From assembly GCF_006345805.1 (NCBI RefSeq), contig NC_042998.1, positions 12,152,001-12,216,000 on the forward strand: a stretch of DNA of 64,000 nt, given 5' to 3'. The DNA comes from Octopus sinensis. Its lineage: Eukaryota. The notes under the pieces were generated by a model. It was not told the origin of the DNA and did no database searches. It saw only the letters and a list, made by a program, of their open reading frames with translations. The position numbers and the translations under genes are program-made. Below are positions 27,665 to 40,927 of the stretch, piece by piece (the stretch's first letter is position 1; each line of letters opens with the position of its first letter).

Positions 27665-28010
27665 ACACAAGCATATAAATACATTGGTGCGAAATGTATC
27701 TTTTTCACAGTTTGTGGTAGTTAACGAAGGAACGCAATAAAATGATGAACTGTTGTGATAAATATGATAACACCCACCTATGTTCCTATGTTGCAACGAA
27801 AGAGATAGATTTCATTTCACACAACATGACATTTAGTTGATACATGCACACCACTCATTTTATTGACCGATCACCTTATACGTTTGCGTGTGTTTGTGTG
27901 TGCCCGTTTGTGTTTGTGTGTATGTGGCTGTGTGGTAAGTAGATTGGTTACCAACCACATGCTTCCATTTCCCGTCCACTGCATGGCAGTGTCTTCTACT
28001 ATAGCTTTAC

Positions 28011-28176
28011 ACGACGGGCTTCTTTCAGTTTCCGTCTACCAAATTCACTCACAAGGCTTTGGTCGGTTCGAGTCTACAGTAGAAGACACTTGCCCAAGAT
28101 GCCACGCAGTGGGACTGAAGCCGGAACCATGTGGTTTGTAAGCAAGCAAGCTACTTACACACAGCGACTTCAGCGC
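28011..28176 (-). mobile_element. SINE (family 2) 5' part
   Basis: Reverse complement of 40526-40690. A partial plus-strand head lies at ~27924-27997. Confidence 0.75.
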
Positions 28177-28213
<37 letters not shown>

Positions 28214-28669
28214 TAGACAGATAGATAGATTGATAGATATATACAGTTTGATGTTAGTTGCCACGCTCAGTAAACCGTGACATCTAAGCCACATACTGAT
28301 TGGCCAAAATGCTATTTGTATGATTCAACCTGCTGTAGCCCATCGGGAGGTATTTAAAGGGCAAATTTAATCACTTCCCAGGGTATGAGACTAGTACTTA
28401 TTTCATCGACCCTGAAAGGATGAGAGGTAAATTCGACCTCGGCGGAACGTAGCTAGGGGCGATATATCGCTAACTTTTTCAGCCAACGTGCTAACGATTG
28501 TGCCAGCTCACCGCGTAAAGAAAGATTTGAAAAAAAAAATATTGTAATAAAAACGTAAAAATCAGAATAGAATTTCATTGGATGCTACATTCTATAAACA
28601 ATCATACAAAGTCGGATATATATATATGTGTGTGTGTGTGTGTAATAAAATTTTATCCTACATTAGATG

Positions 28670-31600
28670 TTTGGTTTGGCATCCTTTCTGTCTCGGGAGA
28701 CAATGGAGTTGCGCATTTTTTTTTTTTTCTAGGTCTAGTCCGGCTGTTATATTTTATTTCCTGTTACATTTCTTGCTGTGGCTGTGTAGTCCTATCCTGG
28801 ACAAACGCTCCCTCTGGCAGGTACTGCAAATGTAGCGAAGACTGTTCCTGGCTGATTGTAGTGCCATGGTCTCTTGTTTATGTCTCTTCCTTTCTTTCCA
28901 TTTCTCCTCTCTCTTCTCTGTCACTCCTCTGTATACCCTCTTTTACTGTACGTCGCCATTCTCCACGGTTGCCGGCGACTGCCTCCCAACCGCTAATGTT
29001 GATGTTGCAGGCCTTCATATCCCTTTTGCAAACATCCTTGTAACGCAAGATCGGTCTACCCACAGACCTAGTACCCCTAGCAAGCTCTCCGTAGAGTATG
29101 TCCTTGGGGATTCTGCCATCTTTCATACGGCTAACATGCCCAAGCCATCTCATACGTCTTTGTGTGAGGAGTGCAAACATGCTTGGTATTCCTGCTTGCC
29201 TGAGGACATCTTTGTTGGGGATATGATTCTGCCATTTGATGTGGAGGATTTTTCGGAGGCAGCGCAGGTGAAAGATGTTTAGGCGACGCTCTTGGCGTGT
29301 GTATAGCGTCCAGGTCTCGCTTCCATACAGTAGAGTGCTGAGTACACATGCCTGGTAGATCTTCATTTTTGTGGTCTTGGTCAGCTTATTGTTGTCCCAA
29401 GCCCGTTTGGAGAGTTGGGCCATCGCAGCAGCTGCCTTGCCAATGCGTATATTGAGCTCAGCGTCAAGGGATAGGTTGTAGGTGACGGTAGAGCCCAGAT
29501 AGGTAAACTTCTCCACCTCTTGTAATCTGTGGTCTCCAATATGTATGTTTGGGATGTCCAATGTAGCCTGGCCCATGATGTTGGTCTTCTTAAGGCTGAT
29601 AGCTAAGCCAAAGTCGTTACATGATTGCTCAAAACAGTTAATGAGCCTTTGGAGGGCTTCTTCTGTGTGTGTTACCAGAGCGGCATCATCAGCAAATAAC
29701 ATCTCCTTGATCAGGACGTTTCTGATTTTGGTCTTGGCACGCAGGCGCGAGAGATTGAACAGTTTCCCGTCACTTCTACTGTGCAGAAACACTCCATCAT
29801 CTGATGTCTGAAAGGCATGTGACAGCAAGAGTGAGAAGAAGATGCCAAACAATGTAGGAGCGAGGACACAGCCTTGCTTTACCCCGTTTTTTTATTTGGA
29901 AGGCGGCTGATGTTGAACCGTTGTGCTGTATGGTGCCTTGCATGTCATCGTGGAAAAACTTGATGATCCTCAGCAGCTTTGGTGGACATCCGATTTTTTG
30001 GAGCAGGAGGAAGAGGCCTGTTCTGCTTACCGAGTCAAAAGCCTTTGTTAGATCAATGAAGGCCATATATAATGGCATTTTCTGCTCTCTGGACTTCTCC
30101 TGAAGTTGGCGTATGGAGAATATCATATCGATAGTTGATCTGCTTCTTCTAAAGCCACACTGCGATTCCGGATAGATTCGAGAAGCAAGTAGTTGTAGCC
30201 TGGCCAGGATAACGCGGGCAAAGGTCTTTCCAACAGTGCTTAGAAGGGATATACCACGGTAATTGTTACAATCACCACGGTCACCTTTGTTTTTGTAGAG
30301 CGTAATGATGTTGGCATCCCGCATATCCTGAGGGACTGTACCCTCTTCCCAGCACTGACACAGAAGCTCATGAAGGTGCCGAAGCAGGATGGTGTTTTTG
30401 CCGGCTTTGATGATCTCTGAGGGGATGTCGTCTTTTCCCGGAGCCTTATTTCTTGCTAGGGAGTCAATAGCCTTGGTGAGCTCTGCTATAGATGGCGGAC
30501 TGTCAAGTTCGCACATGACTGGCAAGATCTTGACACTCTCGACTGCAGCCTCAGCCACTGTGGTCTCCCGTGAGTAGAGATCCTGGTAGTGCTCCACCCA
30601 TCTATCCATTTGCTTGCCTTGATCCCTGATGAGATCTCCAGTAGTTGATTTCAGAGGGGCTGACTTGGTTGCGGATGGACCGAGGGCCTTCTTCAAACCA
30701 GCATACATCCCACGGGTGTCGCCCCTGTCAGCAGCTGACTGGATACTCTGACAGATTTCCTGCCAATACCTATTTGCACAGCATCTGGCTGTCAGTTGGG
30801 TTTTATTTCGTGCCTTTCTGAGTTCTTCGAGTGACTTTGTAGAAGAGTCACTCTTGTATTGCACCAGAGCTGCACGCTTTGCTTCGATAACTGGCTCCAG
30901 CTCTGAGAGCCCAGCATTGAACCAATCTGGGTTTTGCCTTTCTCTCATGCCGAAAGTATCCAATGATGTCGTATACAAGGCTTCCCTGATATAGTCCCAC
31001 CTACTTTCACAGCAGAGGAGGTTGGGCAGCTACTGAGGGCAACCTTGATAGAAGCAGCAAAACATTTTCGCAGTGTAGGGTCCGAGGTTCTGGCGGTGTT
31101 GATGCGTGGTCGGCCCACTTTCTTGGAGCGATGGACTTTTTTAGGGAGAATCCTCACCCTGCTTCTAATTAGTGAGTGGTCTGTGTCACAATCCGCACTG
31201 TGGTAACTGCGGGTCAATAGAGTGGAACTCAGAAAGGATCTCCGTGTAATGATGAGATCCAGCTGATGCCAGTGGTGAGATCTTGGATGTCTCCAGGATG
31301 CCTTGTGGGATGGCTTGCTGGTGAAGAATGTGCTTGTGATGCACAGGTTGTGGTATGTGCAGAATTCGAGTAGTCTCTGACCATTGTCATTCATGTTGCC
31401 AATACCAAAGTGTCCAACACAAATGGGCCACGAATCATGGTCAGATCCCACGCGAGCGTTAAATCCCCTAGAAGGTAGATATTTTCAGTCGTTGGTATAT
31501 TTTCTAGGACACAGTTGAGATCTTTGTAGAACTGGTCCTTGGTCTCCTCTGAGCTGTAGAGAGTGGGAGCATAGATGCTGAGTAGATGTACTGAGCCAGA

Positions 31601-32560
31601 AGAAGTCGAGAGGCGCAGTGAGAGGATACGCTCAGTGCCTCCCGATGGTGGTTCTATTGAGGAGAGTAGTGAGTTTCTCACTGCAAAGCCAACGCCATGT
31701 TGACGAGGTTCTTCTGGATCTCTTCCCTGCCAAAAGAAGGTGAAGTCCTGCTCTTTGAGTCTGCCGTTTGAGGGAAGTCTTGTCTCCTGCAGCCCAGCAA
31801 TATCTATGTTGAGCCTCTTTAGTTCACGGTCAATGATGGCCGTTTTCCTTGTGTCTTCAATACTGAGAAGATCGTCAGATATTCCAGGACACATGGTCCT
31901 GACATTCCAGCTGCCAACTGCAGAACTGGTGTTTTCTTGAATTTTAGTTGCTTGCCTGGTGCAGAGGTTGCAGGCCGCTTTTCGAGTCGTACTCTTAGCT
32001 CAAGCACCCAATGGAACAGGCGGCTTGTGGCGGGTCAGCACCTTATTAACTGGGGGCTGCCCAGCTTGAGGTGGGCAGTAGCTAACCAATAGGACACGGA
32101 AGTCCCTCCCACCGGCAGAGGTAACCCGTAGCGTCCATATTTTACGCCAATCTGAATGGACTTATCACTCGTAACTGTTACCTCCCGTGTTGTTTCTGCA
32201 GCTTTTTACAGCAGCACTGAAGTGTCCTCTCCAGTTTTGCGCAGGCCTGGGCTATAGATAAGAAAGTCCTGGGTAGCCCAATCGTCAGGTTTCCTCTCTC
32301 GACCTTGCTGATGTAGTCCAGTGGAGTGCAGTGCATTACGTTTGGCACCAGCTTGGTTGCAGGAGCTGCCGGAAGAGTGTTGAATCGAACACTAGACCGC
32401 CTTCGGGGCTCCACTCCGGATTTCATTGAAGGTTGTCTCCTTTCCGTAACCCTGGATAGGGGCCCATACCGGGTACTGTCAGCCGGAGCCAGCTGAGCCC
32501 GGAACTCGTGTCAGGCAGGGTCGTCACTCCCTGAAGTAGTGAAGAAGTTCGCTACCCACT
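28670..32560 (-). mobile_element. Full-length RTE-clade non-LTR retrotransposon (APE endonuclease plus RT), frameshifted
   Basis: APE motifs SWNVRTM, GLQETR, HGVGF, IYAPT, GD(F)N, W.HPRS..WHQLD, DTDH. RT motifs NYRGISLLS, QCGFR, FIDLTKAFD, GVKQGCVLAP, LFADD, FTYLGS. The C-terminal CSTC..SRIGLHSH..KC ends at TAA 28754-28756. The 3' UTR contains ccattgtctcccgagacagaaaggatgcca, and there is a ~550-bp GC-rich 5' UTR. Confidence 0.95.
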
Positions 32561-33143
32561 ACCTTTTCAAGTAATGTTAAATTATTATTACGGTTTTTTT
32601 TTTTTTTCCCCTATGTTAAATTTCAACCACTAATATTCACCATCATCATCAGCAGCAGCAGTTGTAGTAGAAGCAGCAATATCACTAGGAGGGAGTGGGA
32701 AGGGGAGAGAATAGAGAGATATCCGGTATTGGTGGTGGGGGTGGGTTTGGGCGGGCGCACAGCGAACAGGTCAGCCGGAATTTAGGGAGAATTAACGAAA
32801 TTCTAATAGGTTGTTAGCGATGAGATCATTTAAAACTGTCAGTCCTAACGTAGTAGAGATGGAGAAAAAAGAAAAAAGGAGCAAAAATATTCTTAGCTTT
32901 GCGTATCGTCATCGTGTGGCAGAATGAAAATAAAAATGGCCAGCGAACAGGTCAGCCGGAATTTAGGGAGAATTAACGAAATTCTAATATATGTATATAT
33001 ATTCTAATATATGTATATATATATATATATATAAAGTTAATCCAAACAAGAAAACACAAAAAAAACAAAAAAAACACAGCAACGCCAGGACGTGGAACAA
33101 ATAAAGTATTATTGGACGCTCAGGAAAGAAGGGAAGAAGGAGG

Positions 33144-33178
33144 GTTTAACGTTTCGAGCGGAGCTCTTCTTCAGAAAC
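33144..33178 (-). ncRNA. Minimal type I hammerhead ribozyme (intact core)
   Basis: Minus strand: GTTT-CTGAAGA-A-GAGC-tcc-GCTC-GAAA-CGT-T-AAAC. Helix III is the ACGT palindrome. It lies in a short repeat (~33060-33200) also present at 46745-46930. Confidence 0.75.
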
Positions 33179-33204
33179 ACAGGAGAAGGAAATCTCTCTC
33201 CCTC

Positions 33205-33218
33205 TCTTTATCTATCTA

Positions 33219-33313
<95 letters not shown>

Positions 33314-33321
33314 ATATATAT

Positions 33322-33385
<64 letters not shown>
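33205..33385. repeat. (TCTA)n/(TA)n microsatellite; similar tracts at 33877-34146 and 50355-50525
   Basis: Direct reading of the sequence. Confidence 0.95.
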
Positions 33386-33394
<9 letters not shown>

Positions 33395-33628
33395 CTAATA
33401 TTAGGGAATAAATCCAAACTTACAGGGAAAAATCAGATTTAGGATTGAATCCAATTTTATAGTAAAATATTATATTATTAAATTAGAGACAAAATTATAT
33501 TAATTATATTTTTAATAATTTTGTTACATATTTAAATAATATAGATTAATCATATGTATTGGCTTAAGTCTTTCATTGTTTGATTTGCCTAATAGTGGTT
33601 TTGTCTCTAATTTAATATAATATATATA

Positions 33629-33677
<49 letters not shown>

Positions 33678-33897
33678 GCAATCCTACATGTTGATTCACT
33701 GAAGTGACAAGAATTGTATAGATATCTGAAATGTGGATTGAATTGTTGTAAGGGAATTGTAGTTAAATTTTACTCTTTCACTGAGCGAAGAATCTGATAA
33801 ATTTCGAGAATATATCACGAAGTAAGACTCTTCATAAAACCAAAACCGGTTGTTTCAATTTCGCATGAAGTCATAGATCTATCTATCTATCTATCTC

Positions 33898-33993
<96 letters not shown>

Positions 33994-33997
33994 ATAT

Positions 33998-34055
<58 letters not shown>

Positions 34056-35219
34056 GTCTGTCTATCTATCTATCTGTCTGAATGTCTGTCTGTCTGTCTG
34101 TCTGTTTGTTTGTCTGTCTGTCTGTTTGTTTGTCTGTCTGTCTGTATATGAATGTTTTTTTTCCTCATTTACTGGTTTCAGCGAAATTCTTGGACCATGG
34201 TTTGTATGTATACACATGGACACACATGATATATGTACCAGTTTATTTAATGGGTTTCCTATATATTATGCCTTACAGTATTTCTTCTTAATGTCATAAA
34301 TTTATGATCTTGCTACCTAACATGAAAAATGTACATTTATTTCTATTTCTCTTTAATTATCCTTCCATAGCCTGCCCTACATAACGTATATGGCTTTAAC
34401 GCTATTTTTTCTAACTACTACACTTGTAACTCCCACTCAACCATTACAACTAAAACTAAATCACTTGCACACTTCCTATTATTGAGATAATTTAATAAAG
34501 GATATGATTATTAAATTAACCGATTTCTCTTGTATGACCTGGTGCCATATAATTCAGCTTTATTGTTGTGAGAGAAAGCTCATTTTATATTGATGATTAG
34601 CCTGCTAGTATGTTTATTGAATAAATAAGCGCAGGCTTTTCTATCTAGATATGCTATTCGCTTAAATTCCCCACTTACAAAATATGTCGCGTAGATGCCT
34701 CATTAACGTTAGTTATTTCTTGCCTTCGATTCGATACGCTTCCCAGATGAACAATTTATAGAGTCCATCCCCCGCGTGCTAAGCCTTAATTCACATTTTT
34801 ACCGACCTTTTCTCTCCTCCACGCTTAAACTTATTTAACAAACTAAATCCGCACCTACACACAGACACACAAGATCACGCACATATATCCATAGATACAA
34901 TTATAAAACGTTCCGGCAACCTACTACAACAATTCTACGGAAGCAGACAATACAAAACAAAGTAATTTTAAATTCTTTTATGTTAAACATTGACATATAC
35001 TTACATAAACATATATATGCATACAAGCATATATGCATAAATATATAAGCTTGTACATATGTATGTATGAAAATACGTGCATATGTATTTGAATATATGT
35101 GTATATAAGTGTACATATTTAGACACACATATATACATATATATATATATTCAATTCTCCTTATATATTCACTACTCTCTCTCACACACACATACTCTCT
35201 CTCTCTCTCTCTCTCTTGT

Positions 35220-35275
<56 letters not shown>

Positions 35276-35383
35276 GGCATCTAGAAGATCCAAGAGTGGC
35301 AGGTAACGCTAAGTAAATGCTATGGACAGACTATAGTTAAACTCTTGGCTCGATAGTGATTAGGGGAGGAGTTTAATGTGGGT

Positions 35384-35441
<58 letters not shown>

Positions 35442-35454
35442 TACACAAAAACGG

Positions 35455-35495
<41 letters not shown>

Positions 35496-35509
35496 CAAAA
35501 GAGACGACA

Positions 35510-35737
35510 AAGTCAAGGCCGTGAGGAGTTTTCAGGACATTTATAGGGAAAGAGATATATAGTTTTACAGCTGTTTCTGGGAAATTCCTTATTTCGAACT
35601 TAAACATTTACTTCTATTTAACCATCTCACATCATCTCTAATGAAGAGATGTCAATAATATCCCAGGAACAGTTGTAAGACTATATCTATATCTCTTTCC
35701 GTATAAACGTTCTGAAAACCCCTAACAGCCTTGACTT
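35510..35737. mobile_element. Imperfect fold-back (Penelope-like) with decayed hammerhead at 35635-35680 (+)
   Basis: Arms ~35510-35582 and ~35661-35737. Motif tct-CTAATGA-a-gagat..atccc-a-GGAA-cagttgt-a-aga; the left arm keeps the ancestral acagctgtttctggga. Confidence 0.6.
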
Positions 35738-35818
35738 CGTTATCACTTAATATATATATATATATATATACAACTCTGTGTATGTATATATATGTACATA
35801 TATGCATATATATATATG

Positions 35819-35860
<42 letters not shown>

Positions 35861-35875
35861 TACATATATATATAT

Positions 35876-36140
35876 ATCACGTGATCACGTGACCGACCAG
35901 ACCATCAGATGTTGTTACACATCGCTGGTCACAATGCGTTCGCATTGTTTTTAGCCTTCGAATGGCGCCACCCCGTTGGCTAAGCGAGCAGGCCAACAGA
36001 AGATAGAGTGGGAGAAAGAGTGGTGAAAGAGTACAGCAGGGATCACCACCCCCTGCCGGAGCCTCGTTGAGCTTTTAGGTGTTTTCGCTCAATCCTGCGA
36101 CCGCGAGTCCGCTGCCCTAACCACTTGGCCATTGCGCCTC

Positions 36141-36143
<3 letters not shown>
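35876..36143 (-). mobile_element. tRNA-derived SINE (family 3), internally deleted
   Basis: Head gtggaggcgcaatggccaagtggttagggcagcggactcgcgg is shared with 58635-59015 and 57615-57752. Confidence 0.8.
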
Positions 36144-36197
<54 letters not shown>

Positions 36198-37617
36198 TAA
36201 ACGACACATGTCCTTAAGTCCTATTTATAGCTTGTTATGTTGAGGTCTTAAATATATTTATCAGGCACAGTCAAATGTTCATATTAGCAAGAGATTGTTT
36301 CGACCAAGAGAAATATATCAATGTCTAACGCACTATTGTTTACCTTTCACCTGAAACTCAAGAAAGCCATCTCTTATCATCTGACTCCTAATATTTGCCA
36401 TTTTCAATTATATTTGTACGCCTTACATCTTTTTCGTATATTTGGCTATGTTTTAGTTCTGTTCATTCTGTTTGATATCTATGAATCCATTACCTTAGTC
36501 CACGTACTAATTCAATGAAGATTAATGGAGTGCTTAATTTATCAATCTCTTTTAACTCGGTGAACAATAATTACTATGTTCCCCTTTCTCAGATTATTAA
36601 TCAGCGAAAACCTTTTCTGAAATTTCAGAATGCGTCCGCACATTTCTTTTGTTCATTTGTGTTCTCAGTCTTTATTCCCTTTCTATGTCCTTTATTTTTA
36701 ATCAATCACTCTCCTCATTATTTCATTACATTTCTCTTAATCCCCTATGATTTGAGTTCATTGCACTATTTATGTATTTCATCTCCATTCTTCATATATC
36801 CTTATATATTTAAGATCATATGTTTAATCATATTTATATATTATATCCAATGGTTGAGTTTCACTATTTTGTTTTAGTTTACTTTGTTGTAATTTCTTGT
36901 TTTCTTCAACACAAAACTTCTTTATTTCCTTTACCTAGTTCCTTTAATCCCTGATTAACTGTTTGATAATTTGATCATGACGTCTTTATTATTTTCTGTG
37001 GCATAATATTATTATATTATCATATCCCATTCACATAGCACTAAATTTAATCATTATTAAACACGCTATGCTGCCGTCATACACATAAATATACTTGTTA
37101 CGATCTGAAACTGTTTACGAACTCTAAAACCTTTTGAAATTTCAGAAAGTCATTATTCTTGTAACATGTATTTTCTTCATACCACGTATTTTTTCAGCAC
37201 CCTGTTATACCTTTAAATTTCTATTTTATAACGACTTAGTATATTTTTGTAATTGAATTACAAAGCAGCTTTCCTTCAAGCAATAACGTAGTTCTTTCAA
37301 TAATTCTTACTATAATTCATAAGTTTCATTTTCCCGCGACAATTTAAGAAAGCATACACACATTTCCTGAACTCTTCTTCAGACACATCCATTTCATTTT
37401 TTACTCGTATTTTACTGAACAAGTTTAGGAGGAAATCATTATTTGAATCATTTTCTGCTTTTATTATTCCTTTTGCAATTATTAATGCTGTTTTTCACTT
37501 CTACCATTTAACTGCAAAATTGTTCGAATTTGTACATATTAAACGTATTTCATATTTGAAAATAATAGAGCTCTTTCGTTTATTAACATTTTAAAACCTT
37601 CGTTTTTACGTATCGAA

Positions 37618-37864
37618 GAGAAAAGAATTATAGTCACACCTTGTTGACGTGGCCACTTATTAAGATAGTGGTTTCTTGTGCAGATAGTGGCGTATTGAGT
37701 GAGAAGCATTTTGAAAAAGATCACTACTGCATGCTGTGTCGCAAAGTATCTGAGCATTGCTGAGAAATTTGGACTTTAGCTGATATTTGCGACAAACGTC
37801 AGACAGGTGCAAGAACTATGCTCTTTCAGAGAAAACGCTGATTGTCACTGGATCTCTCAAATAA
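37618..37864 (+). pseudogene. Probable pseudogene paralog of the 24977-25219 Cys-rich peptide
   Basis: xKRIIVT/LLTWPLIKIVVSCADSGVLSEKHFEKDHYCMLCRKVSEHC*EIWTLADICDKRQT/C gives C-x2-C-x6-C-x9-C-(x6)-C. The in-frame TGA sits where the intact gene has Arg (C-R-E). Two 1-nt frameshifts are inferred and no ATG is present. Confidence 0.5.
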
Positions 37865-39102
37865 CAATGTTCTTTATAGAAGGTATGCTAGACATGGTCT
37901 CAAATATACAGGCAGACTCTTGCAATCGCTATATTGATAATAATAAAAATATCTCAATCCATAAAAAATTTAATGATGGAAAATTTTAAGCACTTTACTG
38001 TCGGTCCACTGACATACCATTATCAGATACAAATGATTTGGATTGCTGTAGCTGAAATACTGAAAGTGCTTGACTTGTATAGATGTGTGTGTGTCTCTGT
38101 GTGTGTATTAAAACTGGTGCATAATTTTTATATTCAAATTACTGAAATATTAATGAATAACAAAAGGCTGGGTGGGTGGTATAGTGGTTTCTGAGGGAGA
38201 GCGTGAAATCATTCTGATTCTATGGAAAACATTTGTCAGCCATTTTGAATATTGCACATAAAACTACGATCGCCAAATAGCATTCAATTATCGGCAGAAC
38301 TAGTAGTATTCCAACGTTGACTCACTACAAAAATAGTCTACGTGGAATAGATTTGCGGTTTTTCCTCTTTCGGCTCTTTACGTTCTGATTTCAAATCCTA
38401 CCTTTATCATTTTTGCCTTTCATCCTTCTGGTGTCGATAGATTTAGGTACCAGTCAAGATTTAGTGTCAGTAAATCCCATCCCTCGAAAATTTTTAGCGT
38501 TATTATTGTAACATTGATGATTCGCTCACTACACAAATAATGTCTTATGCTGCATGTTTCGGTTCTTTACACGTATGTCAATTTAAAACTTACAGTTTAA
38601 CTCTGTAAGTTTTCTATTCCCCCTTAGTCAAAGAAATACATTATCAGTTCGCCATTTGATTGGATGTAATTAAATAGAACCCTCCAACAAACATACTTCG
38701 TTGGAGATAATGATTCGTGGTATTTGTTGCTAATCATTGTATTTCGAGTCCAAATTCTGCTGAGGCCGACTTAGCCTTTTACCCATCGGGGTCGATAAAA
38801 TAAGTGTCAGTCAAGTATCAGTGTCAATATTATTGGTTTTCTCGTTTCACTAAACGTTGATCACTTTCCCCAAGTATTGAAAGTTAGGGCTGCATGCTAG
38901 CAGAATCGTTAGAATGCCGGATAAAATACCTAGCAGCATTTCGTCCGGCTTTGTTTTCTGGGTTGAAATTTCGCTGTGATCGAATTTATCTTTCTCCCTT
39001 TCAAGTTAGATAAAATAAATACTAGTTTAGCACTGGGATCGATGTATACGACTTGTCACTCACCCAAAATTTCAGGCCTTGTGCCTATAGTAAAAAGGAT
39101 TG

Positions 39103-39176
<74 letters not shown>

Positions 39177-39177
39177 G

Positions 39178-39872
39178 AGTGAGAGAGCATCTCATACCAT
39201 GTTCCTAGAGTTAAATTATCCAAATCTCAAAGAATATTATCAAAACATGTCTATAATACTCGTCCACTACTCCTGCTCCTGATTAGAGATGTACATATCT
39301 TCAGCCACTAACGGACATGCTCAACTAGATAAGGTCAAGCAGATGACAAAGATCAAACAACTGACAAGCAAAATTAGAATTTTCTTCTGGTCGAGTAACC
39401 CACCCCGATCAAAAGGTCCCTGAATAAGGTTTGTTTAAGGATGTTGAACGAACCACCCGTGTTTCCAAAGGTGAATTATCCAAATCTCTAAGAATTCCTT
39501 AGAACACACGGCTATGATGTTCCCCAACTACTTCTGCTCATGATCAGAGTTGCACATATTGTCAGCCACTAAGGGACATGTTCAACTGGTTAAGGTCAAA
39601 CAACTGACAAGCAAATCTGTGGCATTGAGCAGAATATTTGCTGTAGCCCATCTTTTATACCAAGACAAAACAATGTACAGGGTAACACTTTCAATCAGTT
39701 AAGATCAGGAGCCATGAGAGCCACTGTCTGGTATTGCAGCAGGGCATAATTGAGCTGAATAGTTGCTGTAGCTCATCTTTTATACCAAGACAAAACAATG
39801 TACAGGGTAACACTTGCAATTAGTTAAGATCAGGAGCAATGAGAGCCACTGTCTGGTACTGCATACGGGTAT
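39178..39872. mobile_element. Diverged, rearranged inverted copy of the ~555-bp (AAT)n-embedded element
   Basis: Reverse complement of the 6154-6708 sequence with internal duplications. Flanked by (ATT)n and (CAT)n/(CTT)n/(ATT)n/(AAT)n. Confidence 0.8.
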
Positions 39873-39899
39873 TCATCATCATCATCATCATCATCATCA

Positions 39900-40061
<162 letters not shown>

Positions 40062-40141
40062 GTATTTCAGATATTCAGTTTAGGGTAAATTCACCCTTTC
40101 TTTCAGTGACATATTATCGTCTGTGTGGACTGATGCTCGGA

Positions 40142-40330
40142 TTAGGAAGATTTTGTAGTCTTCCATATCACTGTCTGATCACTTGCCTTGATGTCTGTGT
40201 CAATGGCGTTTACCATATCCCAGAGTATTTTTGCTTTGTCATCAGAGGGTATCTTTGCTGTATTTATATAATGCCCTTCTCTCTTACTAATTGATAATAC
40301 TAGCATAGTCCCCAGTAAGTGAACATCCAT
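40142..40330 (-). pseudogene. R4/Dong-type restriction-like endonuclease relic
   Basis: DDKAKILWDMVNAIDTDIKASDQTVIW resembles ENDKAKILWDxxIQTDxxIKAxxPDIV. It lies next to the trinucleotide tract. Confidence 0.5.
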
Positions 40331-40525
40331 CTCATTCTTTAATGTTTATACATGCATGGTTTATTGGTTGGGTGAGAGTGTGGAGCCAATACCAATATGG
40401 TTAATTTTTCGACACACCGTACACTCAGCGTTTACTTGACCTAATCTACTGCTCTACGTACAGATTATAGTAAATCTTTGAAGATCTACTGCAATTAGCG
40501 CAAATAGAAAAGATCTACTGCAAAT

Positions 40526-40927
40526 AGGCGCAGGAGTGGCCTAACCAACCACTTGCTAACCAACCACACGGTTCCGGGTTCAGTCCCACTGCGTGGCATC
40601 TTGGGCAAGTGTCTTCTGCTATAGCCCCGGGCCGACCAATGCCTTGTGAGTGGATTTGGTAGACGGAAACTGAAAGAAGCCTGTCGTATATATGTATATA
40701 TATATATGTATGTGTGTGTGTGTTTGTGTGTCTGTGTTTGTCCCCCTAGCATTGCTTGACTACCGATGCTGGAGTGTTTACGTCCCCGTCACTTAGCGGT
40801 TCGGCAAAAGAGACCGATAGAATAAGTACTGGGCTTACAAAGAATAAGTCCCGGCGTCGATTTGCTCGACTAAAGGCGGTGCTCCAGCATGGCCACAGTC
40901 AAATGACTGAAACAAGTAAAAGAGTAA
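40526..40927 (+). mobile_element. SINE (family 2), near full length
   Basis: tRNA-like head (ggttccgggttcagtcccactgc), internal (TA)/(GT) tract and tail aaacaagtaaaagagtaa. Fragments occur at ~13240-13380, 52440-52600, 53600-53700, 56500-56600 and 60400-60560. Confidence 0.85.

Noticed and set aside
32400-32560. HDV-like ribozyme expected at the RTE 5' end
   Set aside because: A possible P1 (GGGCTCA/TGGGCCC) exists on the minus strand, but I could not build P3/L3/P1.1. An Infernal or RNArobo search would be decisive.
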